33,903 nt of DNA from a virus (lineage: Duplodnaviria; Caudoviricetes). The notes below the pieces were generated by a model that was not told the origin of the DNA, ran no database searches, and saw only the letters and a program-made list of their open reading frames with translations. The stretch is from positions 1 through 33,903 of IMG/VR virus record IMGVR_UViG_3300032277_000042; one strand, 5' to 3'. Shown here one piece after another: positions 25,171 to 33,903 of the stretch; within the stretch, counting starts at the first letter, position 1, and every line of letters begins with the position of its first letter. Made by a program: the position numbers and the translations under genes.

Positions 25171-25530
25171 TTATATATCCTTCACGTAGCTCTGGTGAAG
25201 CGGCTTCCAGCCGTGTTCCGCCAAAGGTTTTTTCCAGCCAAATCGGCCTGTCATTGTTAGCGCGCTGCAGCCCTGCGCTTTGGCCCAAGCGACCACGTCG
25301 GGGTGCATGCCCATAATTTCATCAAGCGTGCCGCCGCCGAGAAAAACGTTGCACACTTTGGCGCGCGGATAGGTGATAAGCTCAGTCACCAAGCATGAAT
25401 CTTTGGCCGGCCAGAGCTGCATGGTGCCTTTATAAATGCCCTCGCAGACGTCAATCCAATCGTGCGTGCCGCCGCTGTATTTCAGCGCGGCCTCAATCCA
25501 AGGCTTGCAGCGCTCCAGCTCGTCTTTCAC
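25171..25530 (-). CDS. GNAT-like protein of the podovirus tail/ejection module
   Basis: WAKAQGCSALTMTGRFGW motif; GTGA-coupled start at 25530. Confidence 0.7.
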   Translation of the reverse strand: MKDELERCKPWIEAALKYSGGTHDWIDVCEGIYKGTMQLWPAKDSCLVTELITYPRAKVCNVFLGGGTLDEIMGMHPDVVAWAKAQGCSALTMTGRFGWKKPLAEHGWKPLHQSYVKDI

Positions 25531-25883
25531 CAGGCACCCCCAGTTAGCGCAGCGCGCGACCAAATATTTGTTGAGCCGTCATGCGCCGCCGTGCAGACGT
25601 AAATATGCGTTGTGCTGACGGCCACCATGCCAGCGGTATCGCCGGCAGCGCCAACGCTGGACGTTGGCACGGCGCGCTTAATGATTATCTCGCGGAATGC
25701 GTCGCCCACCGAAACAACGGGATAACCAGCGCGCGACCACATTATAATGCCGTCATCCTTGGCGCTTTCGTTGCCGGTTTGTTGTGTCAAATTTGACTTG
25801 TTTTGGCTTAAAAACGCGGTGACGCGGTTGGCCCAAATGCGCCAGTCAGATCCGTAGGGTTGCGGGACACGATATTGCTCCAT
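25527..25883 (-). CDS. Small virion-module protein
   Basis: Coupled to both neighbours; PTSSVGAAGD.AG...HIYVC...W.RAAL..W tail-associated motif. Confidence 0.68.
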   Translation of the reverse strand: MEQYRVPQPYGSDWRIWANRVTAFLSQNKSNLTQQTGNESAKDDGIIMWSRAGYPVVSVGDAFREIIIKRAVPTSSVGAAGDTAGMVAVSTTHIYVCTAAHDGSTNIWSRAALTGGAW

Positions 25884-27364
25884 TAGCGGCGACCCCCGGC
25901 AACAACGTCCAGCCGGTTAATCCCAACGCGCCAATCAGCCAAGCGCGCGCCGGTCAGGCGCATCCGCATTTGACGGCCAGTAAAGCGCATGGACGTGGGG
26001 TTAGACATGCTGTACGGGCCATACGAGCGCTCAGTGCCATTCGGAGCAAATCTGGTTTTAAACGTGGCCGTGACGTCGCCTTGCGTTTTTTCGTCGGGCA
26101 GCATTTCGGTAACGCTGGCCACATTCTCTCCGTTGCCCAGCATAATCGGCCCAGTTTCGGCAAATGGCGTCAGGCCGCTATACGCAAAACTCACCTCATG
26201 CTCGTATATTTTTTTATCCGCAGGATCGCACATAAGTGGCAAGGCAAAAGCTCCGGCGTCCGCGCCGGCAGTGCGGGCAAGCTCGCCAATGTACCAAGTA
26301 TTCTCAACAAAATTGTACACGACGTATCTGTCATTTTCGGTGCTAGCCTCGGAGGGGTAAAACCAAAATATTTCGCCGTAGCCCTGCAGCGGCATGGCAA
26401 ATGTTTTGCCAATTTGGGCGCGGTTGATGTCGGAAAATACATAATCCGAAACATCACAAGGCAGCTCTTGCACGTTGTTCCCGTTAAACGCGTAAAAAGA
26501 ATTTAAGCCCATCCAGAAAACGCCAGCATCAACGCTGGCGTAAGCCAAATGCGCGGCCAATCCGCAAGATTGCCCAACTCGGTCAATGCTGAAAACATAG
26601 GGCGGACCTTGATAAGTTACGCTGTGTGCGTCTGTGCTGGTTAAAATTATCGTTTGGTTTTGCGTTCGCACGCCGGCCATAATTTTGCCGGTTGTCTCTA
26701 GCGTTATGTCGCCCGCTTCGTTCGTGGCGCTTGGTGCCCAAACTGTGTTGTTTTCCCTATCGCACCAAGAAATTTTGCGGCTATTCCCGTCTGCACCCAG
26801 CGCCAGCAAGAAACGTTCCTGCGTGACTACAATGCTTTGATTATTTGTTGGAGCGTTGCTTAACACAGCCGCCGGCACCGAGCCGTTCAATTGCCATTCA
26901 TATATTTTGCCGTCATCACGATTGCACGCAACCAAGTATTCACCCCAAGGTTGCAGCGCCCAGCTTGTGGCCGGCTCAATGCGCGTTGATTCCAATCGCG
27001 GCGTGCCGTAAAATTCTTGACCATATAACCCGCCGCCATAGCCGGTTTGTGCCGCCCCATCTTCACGGCCAGCGACAAGCCCGGCTGGTGTAATATCTGA
27101 TTGGGTGCCAAGCGTGTTATAGGCGTATAATTTATTATATGTTCCAAGGGCAATTCGTCTGTCCAAACTATTGTCCGACCACGCCATCATGCCGCGCACT
27201 TTAGCGGCGGCAGCGGTGGTGGCTCGGATGCGCCACCCGCCAATTGGGCGAATAGTTCCATCCACCCAACGCACCAAATTGGCGTCACGCCAACGGCCCA
27301 CGCTCTGCAAATCTGTACCGTTGCGGTAAACGCCCGGCGGTATTTTAATGTCAATTAAAGCCAT
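25883..27364 (-). CDS. Tail nozzle / P22 gp10-like stabilization protein (tail tubular protein B-like)
   Basis: ~493 aa beta-rich, W-repeat propeller-like; EIFWFYPS...DRYVVYN, RFTGRQ, G.R terminus. Confidence 0.82.
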   Translation of the reverse strand: MALIDIKIPPGVYRNGTDLQSVGRWRDANLVRWVDGTIRPIGGWRIRATTAAAAKVRGMMAWSDNSLDRRIALGTYNKLYAYNTLGTQSDITPAGLVAGREDGAAQTGYGGGLYGQEFYGTPRLESTRIEPATSWALQPWGEYLVACNRDDGKIYEWQLNGSVPAAVLSNAPTNNQSIVVTQERFLLALGADGNSRKISWCDRENNTVWAPSATNEAGDITLETTGKIMAGVRTQNQTIILTSTDAHSVTYQGPPYVFSIDRVGQSCGLAAHLAYASVDAGVFWMGLNSFYAFNGNNVQELPCDVSDYVFSDINRAQIGKTFAMPLQGYGEIFWFYPSEASTENDRYVVYNFVENTWYIGELARTAGADAGAFALPLMCDPADKKIYEHEVSFAYSGLTPFAETGPIMLGNGENVASVTEMLPDEKTQGDVTATFKTRFAPNGTERSYGPYSMSNPTSMRFTGRQMRMRLTGARLADWRVGINRLDVVAGGRR

Positions 27365-27366
27365 AG

Positions 27367-27422
27367 GCACAACATGTTGTTACAGACGTGAAAATATTAC
27401 CACATGTTGTAGTGAATGCCAA
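27367..27422 (-). promoter_or_regulatory. sigma70-like promoter with tandem NrdR-box-like palindromes
   Basis: TTGGCA (27422-27417)-N17-TAATAT (27399-27394) with extended TG; boxes GCACAACATGTTGTTA (27367-27382) and TTACCACATGTTGTAG (27397-27412), 30 bp apart. Confidence 0.72.
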
Positions 27423-27430
27423 AAGTCACG

Positions 27431-27706
27431 CTATTCAGGCGGTGTTGGCCATGTAACCTCGCCCGGCAATTGTTCCGGCACGTCGCGCAATGCTTGCCGA
27501 TAGGTGCGCCACTGGCTTGACAGGGCTACATCGCTTGACGCGCGCCAATCACATGCAGCTAATTTGGCATCCCGCTCCTTACGAACTTTAGCGGCATTCC
27601 TGTCATTTGCACCGTCTTCCCATGCTTGTTCTTCAGCATCACGAGCTATTTCCTCGTCTACTGTGAATTGAACACGCACACCGTTTTTATTGTGAAATCG
27701 TGGCAT
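27431..27706 (-). CDS. Tail fibre assembly chaperone
   Basis: VRKERDAKLAACDW...WRTYRQALRDVP...WPTPP motif; GGAG RBS before ATG 27706. Confidence 0.88.
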   Translation of the reverse strand: MPRFHNKNGVRVQFTVDEEIARDAEEQAWEDGANDRNAAKVRKERDAKLAACDWRASSDVALSSQWRTYRQALRDVPEQLPGEVTWPTPPE

Positions 27707-27716
27707 GTCAGTCTCC

Positions 27717-28799
27717 CTATGTAATTCCATATAATTTAAAGACACCCGACGTTATATTTCCGTTTTGGGCAAAGAAATTAAAACCTGACAACGCTGCTGT
27801 TCCATTAGTATATCCCGCACCGCCACTTATGAATCTTATCCTAGTTAGGTCAGTGTCTTTTGCGCTCCCAAAATAGTCCCAAGTTTTTGTTAGGGTTGTG
27901 GAAGTTGGGTTATAAAACCGCAAAACAAAATTTACTGCTCCGCTCGACGCATTCTCCATATTTTGAACAATATTGAAATATGACACACCACTTCCGCTAG
28001 ACACGCCCGATCCTGTTGTTGAGCCGCTGTGAGTGTTAAATGCAAAAGAGTCATAATAGCCGTGCGTTGTCATAATGCTTCCGCCAATCTCCACTCTGCC
28101 TCTTAATGTTTGAGTATCGTTTGCTGGTATTAAACCTATTACGTGTATCTCATATACTGAATAAGCAGTTGTTATCAAACTTGAATCACCTATCGAAACA
28201 GTCGCGTCATTGTTAGCCGTTACTGTCTGCAGTAGATTATAAGCACCGCCGGCAGCGGGTGCAGTCCAACTCAAATCTGTGCCGTCAGAAGTTAGAACGG
28301 TGTCAGCCCCCCCAGCCGCTAGTCGCGCGGTTGCGCCGCTTGCATCCCCGTAAATAATCGACCCGCGCGTAATTGCGTTTAGTTGGTTAATTTCTGCACC
28401 AGTTGATAAAATCTGCGTGCCGCCCAGCGTCAGCGTGGTCAAGGTCAGCGCACCGCTTGGTAGTAGCGGCTCAGAGCTAAACGTGACAATCCCGCCGTCG
28501 GCAATGGTCATTGCCGCATCCCCGTCAGAAAAACTGATTGCCTCTGTTTGGATGAGCGGCGAGGTCAGGCTAGTTGAGCCTGTCAGCGTGGTGCCAGTCA
28601 TTGCCGCAGGCGTTGCCCCGCCAATGACCGCGCCGTCGATTGTGCCCGAATTTATGTCTATGCCGGTGACGGCTGTGCCGCCGCCCAGGATTGAGTCAAT
28701 GCTGTCTAGCCCAGCGTTGATTTTGGTGCCCCAACTATTTTCTGACGCTCCGACCTCTGGCTTAACCAAGCTGTAATTCGTTGTGTTCGTATCGGCCAT
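27717..28799 (-). CDS. Tail fibre protein
   Basis: N-terminal anchor [23 protein letters not shown]; Gly/Thr/Ser-rich shaft; C-terminal [13 protein letters not shown]; followed by chaperone. Confidence 0.85.
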   Translation of the reverse strand: MADTNTTNYSLVKPEVGASENSWGTKINAGLDSIDSILGGGTAVTGIDINSGTIDGAVIGGATPAAMTGTTLTGSTSLTSPLIQTEAISFSDGDAAMTIADGGIVTFSSEPLLPSGALTLTTLTLGGTQILSTGAEINQLNAITRGSIIYGDASGATARLAAGGADTVLTSDGTDLSWTAPAAGGAYNLLQTVTANNDATVSIGDSSLITTAYSVYEIHVIGLIPANDTQTLRGRVEIGGSIMTTHGYYDSFAFNTHSGSTTGSGVSSGSGVSYFNIVQNMENASSGAVNFVLRFYNPTSTTLTKTWDYFGSAKDTDLTRIRFISGGAGYTNGTAALSGFNFFAQNGNITSGVFKLYGIT

Positions 28800-28814
28800 T
28801 TTTTTACCTCAGAT

Positions 28815-30665
28815 TTATGCGGCAGTTTGCCATATGTCCGCCGGCGTCTCAACATTGCCGCCGGACTGCGGGGTCCAGATGTCAGCGTCAGACACGGCAA
28901 CCGCTGCCCACGGGTCAGCCCCATCGGCGGCAACAGGTTCCCAAAGCAACCTGCCGGTGGCCGTGGCTGCGCACGACGCAGTCGTGGCAGCTTGGCCGTC
29001 GCGGAAAAACCCGGCCAGCGTTTCGGCCGAAACCGCGACCTGCGGCGACGCGCCAGCGTCAATGAAATTCCTAGCGACAATTGTTTGCGTCACATCCAGG
29101 CTCGCGCTGATTGACGTGTAACGAGTGATAATTAACGTAATGATGCCAAGCGAAAGCGTCGCAGAAACGCCTGAAGTTACGCCCGTGTTCGCATCACCGC
29201 TGGCGGTAGGAGCGCGCGTGCTTAACGTTGCCGCCAAAGTTGTCGCCACCGCGTTTGATGTGGCGGATTGGCTTGTTACTCCAAGCGTAATTGTTGAGCC
29301 AAGGGAGTCTGATATAATTTCAGCAACGTTGATTTTAACGTCGGCCAGCCCGGTTGAAATTGTTGCCAGCAAGGTCGGCGCGAGCAAAGTATTGTCCGAG
29401 CGTGTTGAGATTTCGTCGCCCAACGAAACAGTAGCGGACACGCCCACCACAGGCACGTCAACGCCGATTGGGCCGGCCAATGTGCCTAGTGATATTGAAA
29501 TGTTAAATTCGTTCTGCAATGGGCCGGTGTCAAACGGGCCGGGCAAATACGGGTAAACTGCGCTATCAGCCGATTGGTTGGCCCGCGCCACCAATTGGAC
29601 GCGAGACGGGTTTAAGTACCAAGGCGGATCTGGCGTTAGCATCGTGCCGATCTGAAAGCCGATCAAAGGCTGCGCAACGTTTGCCTGCGTGCTGCCCAAG
29701 GCCGCAGCAATGCCAAAAGAGGCTGGGGTAAACCCAACGTTTGCTTGAACTGAGCCAATTGATGCAGTCACTAAAAGCGTGTGCTCTTGAGACACCGGCG
29801 TGCCGTCAGCATTGTGCGTTGCGGTGGTTTGTGGCTGCAGTTTGAGGCCGTACAAAACCCACGCCGCACCATTTGTTAGGCTAGTGTTGTCAGTGCCAAA
29901 TGTGCCGACCGATACGGACCCGATTTCAAGGCCCTTGCTCGGTGAACGGTGGAACAGCTCACGCGATTTGTTCTCGCCGGGCAATGTAATATTGCCCACC
30001 GAGGCGTTTATTAAGCTGTCAAAAAATGTGTCGCTGTCTGTTGGGTCAAACGTATTAACCGTTTGGACTTGCCCAACGATTACGCTGAATAAGTTGGGAT
30101 CAGTCGCCGGGAATGTTAAAGTTGCAACCAGCGGGTCAGCAAGCGATGATATTGTTGTCGCACCGTTTGTTATCGTTTCAGGCAAGTGCCGCAAATGCGG
30201 CGGCTGTTGATATTGCGCAAGACCGGCGTCATTGACCGTTGCCGGAAATGTATAATCGCCGTTTGTGAGCGGCGCAAAAGCGCCTTGGTAGGTAATAGGC
30301 CCATCTGTAATTGTGGCCGTTATCCCAAATTTTTCAGCGTGCGGATATGTGCCGTTCCAAGTTGGCTCAATTGAATTTGTGCTCTGCTCTAAATTTGGGT
30401 CAAATCCAAGAATATTATAGTTTTCAAAAAATATTCTGGGGTGCTCGTTGTTCCGAAACTCGCCAACGCCGTCGTTGTTCGGGTCATAGAAAAATGTTGT
30501 ATTTGGTTTTCTAATTGCAATTTCAGATATTTTTGCGTCAGCTTTTGCCGATATCGCCCCAAGAGAAACTGTCGCCGCAACGCCCGATAAGACTTGATTT
30601 ACAATTGGTCGCGCAACGCCTGACCCGCCAAGCGTGGCGGCTGATATTGGGGCAAAACCTAGCAT
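28815..30665 (-). CDS. Virion structural protein, fibre-like
   Basis: MLGFAPISAA N terminus, repeated GVSATVSLG-type beta motifs, C-terminal W-spaced repeats. Confidence 0.65.
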   Translation of the reverse strand: MLGFAPISAATLGGSGVARPIVNQVLSGVAATVSLGAISAKADAKISEIAIRKPNTTFFYDPNNDGVGEFRNNEHPRIFFENYNILGFDPNLEQSTNSIEPTWNGTYPHAEKFGITATITDGPITYQGAFAPLTNGDYTFPATVNDAGLAQYQQPPHLRHLPETITNGATTISSLADPLVATLTFPATDPNLFSVIVGQVQTVNTFDPTDSDTFFDSLINASVGNITLPGENKSRELFHRSPSKGLEIGSVSVGTFGTDNTSLTNGAAWVLYGLKLQPQTTATHNADGTPVSQEHTLLVTASIGSVQANVGFTPASFGIAAALGSTQANVAQPLIGFQIGTMLTPDPPWYLNPSRVQLVARANQSADSAVYPYLPGPFDTGPLQNEFNISISLGTLAGPIGVDVPVVGVSATVSLGDEISTRSDNTLLAPTLLATISTGLADVKINVAEIISDSLGSTITLGVTSQSATSNAVATTLAATLSTRAPTASGDANTGVTSGVSATLSLGIITLIITRYTSISASLDVTQTIVARNFIDAGASPQVAVSAETLAGFFRDGQAATTASCAATATGRLLWEPVAADGADPWAAVAVSDADIWTPQSGGNVETPADIWQTAA

Positions 30666-32144
30666 TTAACCATCCCAAGTCGCCATCTGCGGATATGAAT
30701 TATGTGCGGTTTCCATTTCTGCGTCAGTCAGCGAAACATCCCACATGGCGATAGCTCTTAGCTGTATTGTTTGGTTGTAGCCGGCAGTGGGATACTGGAA
30801 AAAGGTCCATGTGGTGGCAGGATTGTAGTTACGCATGAAAAAGCTGTTAAATTTGTTTTGTTCAAGATGGGCCTGCCCCTGAGTGGGGGTAGGATTAGAA
30901 TTTCCATTTACTAAATATTCAGCCGTAAGCCCAGAGTGCGCATTTACGCCACCAACCATTCCTGACCCAGTGTTGTCAAAGTAACCAGCATAGCTATTTG
31001 GGCCAACTGACAAAAATATTTGTTGAAAATCACTTGCCACGGGGTCAACTAATGGATCAAATATAAACAAGATTGTTTTAACATCAGTAGACAACGCATA
31101 ACTAATTTGGCTTTGGTTATCTCCAGTTTCCCACACTGGCACGTTTAAATTTCCAGATGCTTTATAACCAGCGGTTCCACCCACATTGGTCCAAGTTAAG
31201 TCTCTATTGTTCCCAGACAAATCAGACCAAGTTGTCCCAGTGCCACTATAGCTACTAGAGTTTTCCATATCCCAATGGCCCCATAGAGCGTCAACTTGTG
31301 GGAAAAATCCGAGAGTATATATGGAGCTTCTCGCAGTCGTGTGTAAACCGTCAGTCGCTTTATATCTTAATGTGAACTCTCCAGCATCAGAAACAGTCGT
31401 GGACGGTGTAATAGTAAAAACATTATTGGCCTGAGAAATTGTTGCCTGTGCCTGATTTGACGGGTTGGTGTCATAGGAGTACTCAATAGGAAACCCCTCT
31501 GGGTCAGACGCTACAACAGTTTGAACCGTTGCAGTACCGTCTGAAGCTAAAACACCAGTTGCAGGGGGTGATGTTGTCCACTCTGGTACAGCGTTTGTAT
31601 CAGTGTAAATTCGATCCCACTCAGTACCATCATAAATATAAAGCGATTTTTGGTCGGTCACAAAGGCCAGATCGGTCACGCTGGGCGACCCCGGCAAATT
31701 TGCATAAGTTGAAACGTTTGTAATCCCGCCAGACGGGCTGGCTGGCTTCCAAGTGCTGGCCACCGCGTCCCAAGTCAGCGCCTGACCGGCGCTTGGCGAC
31801 GTGTCCGATACGTTTGCTAAGTCAGCCAAATATTGCGCAACATCATCAGCAATCATCGTAAAAAAGCAAACCGCCGCCGCACCAGCCGAAATCGCAGAAT
31901 TGTCAGAATTTGACGAATTAAGCGGCGTGCGGGTCATCGTGTACGTGCCGCCAGACAGCCCAATTACGCCGGTGCCAACTTCATATTCGTTGTTCTGCTC
32001 AAGTGTATAGCGCAGTTCGTCGCCTGCGCCCACGGATTGATCGGCCAAGCTCTCAAACCCCGCGACGGCATTCGCCCCAAACGTAATTGTGCCCGCCCCG
32101 CCGGACGCGACCGGCATTTTGCATCGGTTGATGAATTTAACCAT
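30666..32144 (-). CDS. Fibre / receptor-binding protein with Ig-like and ConA/LamG-like domains
   Basis: EVGTG N-terminal domain; LADLANV...GQALTWD repeat; ASDPEG Ig-like segment; SYSGTGTTWSDLSGN lectin-domain motif. Confidence 0.78.
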   Translation of the reverse strand: MVKFINRCKMPVASGGAGTITFGANAVAGFESLADQSVGAGDELRYTLEQNNEYEVGTGVIGLSGGTYTMTRTPLNSSNSDNSAISAGAAAVCFFTMIADDVAQYLADLANVSDTSPSAGQALTWDAVASTWKPASPSGGITNVSTYANLPGSPSVTDLAFVTDQKSLYIYDGTEWDRIYTDTNAVPEWTTSPPATGVLASDGTATVQTVVASDPEGFPIEYSYDTNPSNQAQATISQANNVFTITPSTTVSDAGEFTLRYKATDGLHTTARSSIYTLGFFPQVDALWGHWDMENSSSYSGTGTTWSDLSGNNRDLTWTNVGGTAGYKASGNLNVPVWETGDNQSQISYALSTDVKTILFIFDPLVDPVASDFQQIFLSVGPNSYAGYFDNTGSGMVGGVNAHSGLTAEYLVNGNSNPTPTQGQAHLEQNKFNSFFMRNYNPATTWTFFQYPTAGYNQTIQLRAIAMWDVSLTDAEMETAHNSYPQMATWDG

Positions 32145-32159
32145 ATCAAAATACCCGTT

Positions 32160-32645
32160 TTAGTCGAGTCTCAGAATACTTGTACTACTTCCAGGCGCAG
32201 GGAATTGCAGACTGAAATCTCCCGCAGTGGCCGAAACGGTCCCTCCAAATGAAAATACAGCGATAACATCGTTGTTTGGATCGCCGGCATTCGGGTTATA
32301 CAAAATTGCTCCGTCAGACACGACCGTCACATTAGCAAAAACTGCGTCATCAAAATCGATTATAGCCGTGGTGCCGTCCATTTTTGGAAAGGTGTTGGCG
32401 ATTGCTGCCGTAGCCCCGTTGCCTGCGCCTAAAACATTGCGCGAGTATGCAGCGTCATAGGACGCGTGACTGACCTCGTCCGTGCCAACCGCGCCGGAAC
32501 TTACCGTGGCCGCCCCATAATTTGTCGAAAGGGCGCTCTCCTCTTTCAACAGAATAACTTTCATATCTGTGTCGAAATCGTGGCTCCCCTTTAAGAGCTG
32601 CAATTTAAACGCGTTACTCAAAGAAGTGGTGATTGTGCCTGCCAT
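32160..32645 (-). CDS. Small virion structural protein (paralog 3)
   Basis: FKLQLLKGSHDFD...GAILYN...FGGTVSATAGDFSLQFP. Confidence 0.75.
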   Translation of the reverse strand: MAGTITTSLSNAFKLQLLKGSHDFDTDMKVILLKEESALSTNYGAATVSSGAVGTDEVSHASYDAAYSRNVLGAGNGATAAIANTFPKMDGTTAIIDFDDAVFANVTVVSDGAILYNPNAGDPNNDVIAVFSFGGTVSATAGDFSLQFPAPGSSTSILRLD

Positions 32646-32655
32646 GTTATTTCCT

Positions 32656-33048
32656 CTAGTTTGCCGTTAAGGTCAGATCACCAATTTGGATTCTGAGCTG
32701 GTCGTTGGTTGTGATTGTTTTAGCGGCTGTTAGCTCGCCCACGATTAAGCAGTTTCCGCCGGTTGCGGCGTCCATCAATTTGTAATGCGTAACCGCGCCT
32801 TGGGTGCCGGTGGCAACGGGAAACGTAATTTCCGACGTATTGCTGATTTGGCCATTTGCGGCATTAGTGCCAAAAACGACTTGCTGGCGCGCGTAGCCGT
32901 TGCCTGAAATTTCCGCCACCGCCGTGCCGGTGTCAGTGAAGTCGCCGCCACCCAGCGCAATATAAACCGCCGCAGGGGCCGTGAAGTTGGCCCGCCCGGC
33001 AATTGCGTTTAAGACCGCCAATTCTGCGTAGTCCGATAAGGCTGCCAC
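32656..33048 (-). CDS. Small virion structural protein (paralog 2)
   Basis: LSDYAE..VLN...EISGNGYARQ...FPVAT...DAATGGN...K.I...DQLRI..GDLT. Confidence 0.78.
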   Translation of the reverse strand: MAALSDYAELAVLNAIAGRANFTAPAAVYIALGGGDFTDTGTAVAEISGNGYARQQVVFGTNAANGQISNTSEITFPVATGTQGAVTHYKLMDAATGGNCLIVGELTAAKTITTNDQLRIQIGDLTLTAN

Positions 33049-33051
33049 GTT

Positions 33052-33432
33052 TTACTCCAAAGTTATGTCGAGCTGGCCCGACATGATGCGAAAATTATCA
33101 CCGACGCCGACATTCTTAACCACCGTCAGATCTGCGTGCGCGATTTGATTGCCGCTGGTTGCCGCGTCGTACACTGCCACCGACGTAATATCGCCCCACT
33201 CGCTTGTTGCGGTGGGCCACGCTAAAACGCCGGAGTTGGTCGCCAGATTGCCGGTCACAGAAAGCGCAACGCTTTGCCGCGCATAAGCGCCGCCCGAAAT
33301 CTCAGCGCCAGGTGTATCGTCGGTATTGCTGGACGTTTGCAGGCCGACATACCACGCCGTTGGGCGTGTTGCGGCGCTTGCCGTAAACAAATAATTCAGC
33401 ACATTTGTTTCATATGTGTCCGATAGTGACAT
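33052..33432 (-). CDS. Small virion structural protein (paralog 1)
   Basis: LSDTYE..VLN...EISGGAYARQ...WPTAT...DAATSGN...K.V...DNFRI..GQLD; TGATG-coupled start. Confidence 0.78.
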   Translation of the reverse strand: MSLSDTYETNVLNYLFTASAATRPTAWYVGLQTSSNTDDTPGAEISGGAYARQSVALSVTGNLATNSGVLAWPTATSEWGDITSVAVYDAATSGNQIAHADLTVVKNVGVGDNFRIMSGQLDITLE

Positions 33433-33903
33433 CAATACGCCCGCAGTTTTAACCTTCGGCCAGAGCCGCCATATTTAGCGGCCTCGCTAGACGTGTTTAT
33501 ACCAGATATTGCGTTGGCGTACAAAGTTGACCATACAGATAGACGTGCATCGTCCTTCAAGTACGGGGCACTATGCGCGAGTGCGCCATACAAATACGCG
33601 TCAGGAAAGTACGTCAGGATAAAATTTGACGTGTTGCTGTCTGACAGAGCCTCGGCGCGCGCGTTATAATAAAGCTCAACAGTATACTCGCCGTCCGGCG
33701 CTGGGAAAAGCTCAAACCTGCCCGCGACAAACGCGTAATAGGCGGGGCTGCCGGACGTGTTTAAATTGGCCGCCTTGCGGTCCAGCAATTCGGCTTGGCT
33801 GATAATCTCAAGCGGTGCGGTGGTGCCAGACGTGACCTGCAGCCGGATTGTCTCAAGATAATCCGCCGGGATTGGCACGTATTGCGTGGATAACGTCGCC
33901 ACG
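33432..33903 (-). CDS. Head-tail adaptor (tail tubular protein A-like), 5' truncated
   Basis: P.DYLE...G.PAYY...P.PD..Y...YY...LSDSNTSN.IL...PDAYLYGAL..SAPYLKDD.R pattern. Confidence 0.8.
   Translation of the reverse strand, partial: VATLSTQYVPIPADYLETIRLQVTSGTTAPLEIISQAELLDRKAANLNTSGSPAYYAFVAGRFELFPAPDGEYTVELYYNARAEALSDSNTSNFILTYFPDAYLYGALAHSAPYLKDDARLSVWSTLYANAISGINTSSEAAKYGGSGRRLKLRAY

Noticed and set aside
27717-32144. Diversity-generating retroelement acting on fibre tips
   Set aside because: No reverse transcriptase and no template/variable repeat pair seen in the window

Overview
Near-complete genome fragment of a GC-rich, short-tailed (podovirus-like) dsDNA phage, probably infecting a marine alphaproteobacterium (host is inference). 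Almost all genes are on the minus strand. One arm runs: RHH regulator, Holliday-junction resolvase-like nuclease, C5 DNA methyltransferase, RecE/ExoVIII-like nuclease, SSB, primase-helicase, small ORFs, a ~650 bp non-coding region, then terminase small and large subunits. The other arm runs: adaptor, three paralogous small virion proteins, tail fibres, tail nozzle, ejection proteins, portal, scaffold, major capsid, lysis genes. A 2.8 kb plus-strand early/regulatory block holds a degenerate serine recombinase and HTH proteins. No DNA polymerase, ribonucleotide reductase, intact integrase, tRNA or CRISPR array was seen. The most notable signals are non-coding or hidden. (1) Tandem NrdR-box-like palindromes at four intergenic loci, three overlapping sigma70-like promoters, in front of packaging and virion genes. 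(2) A 28 bp XerCD dif-like site. (3) An out-of-frame gene with a strong RBS nested in the methyltransferase. (4) An iteron-plus-palindrome origin candidate. (5) A second recurring intergenic motif, TGGY-N3-TGTAAAT. All functional calls come from motif recognition by eye; no searches were run.
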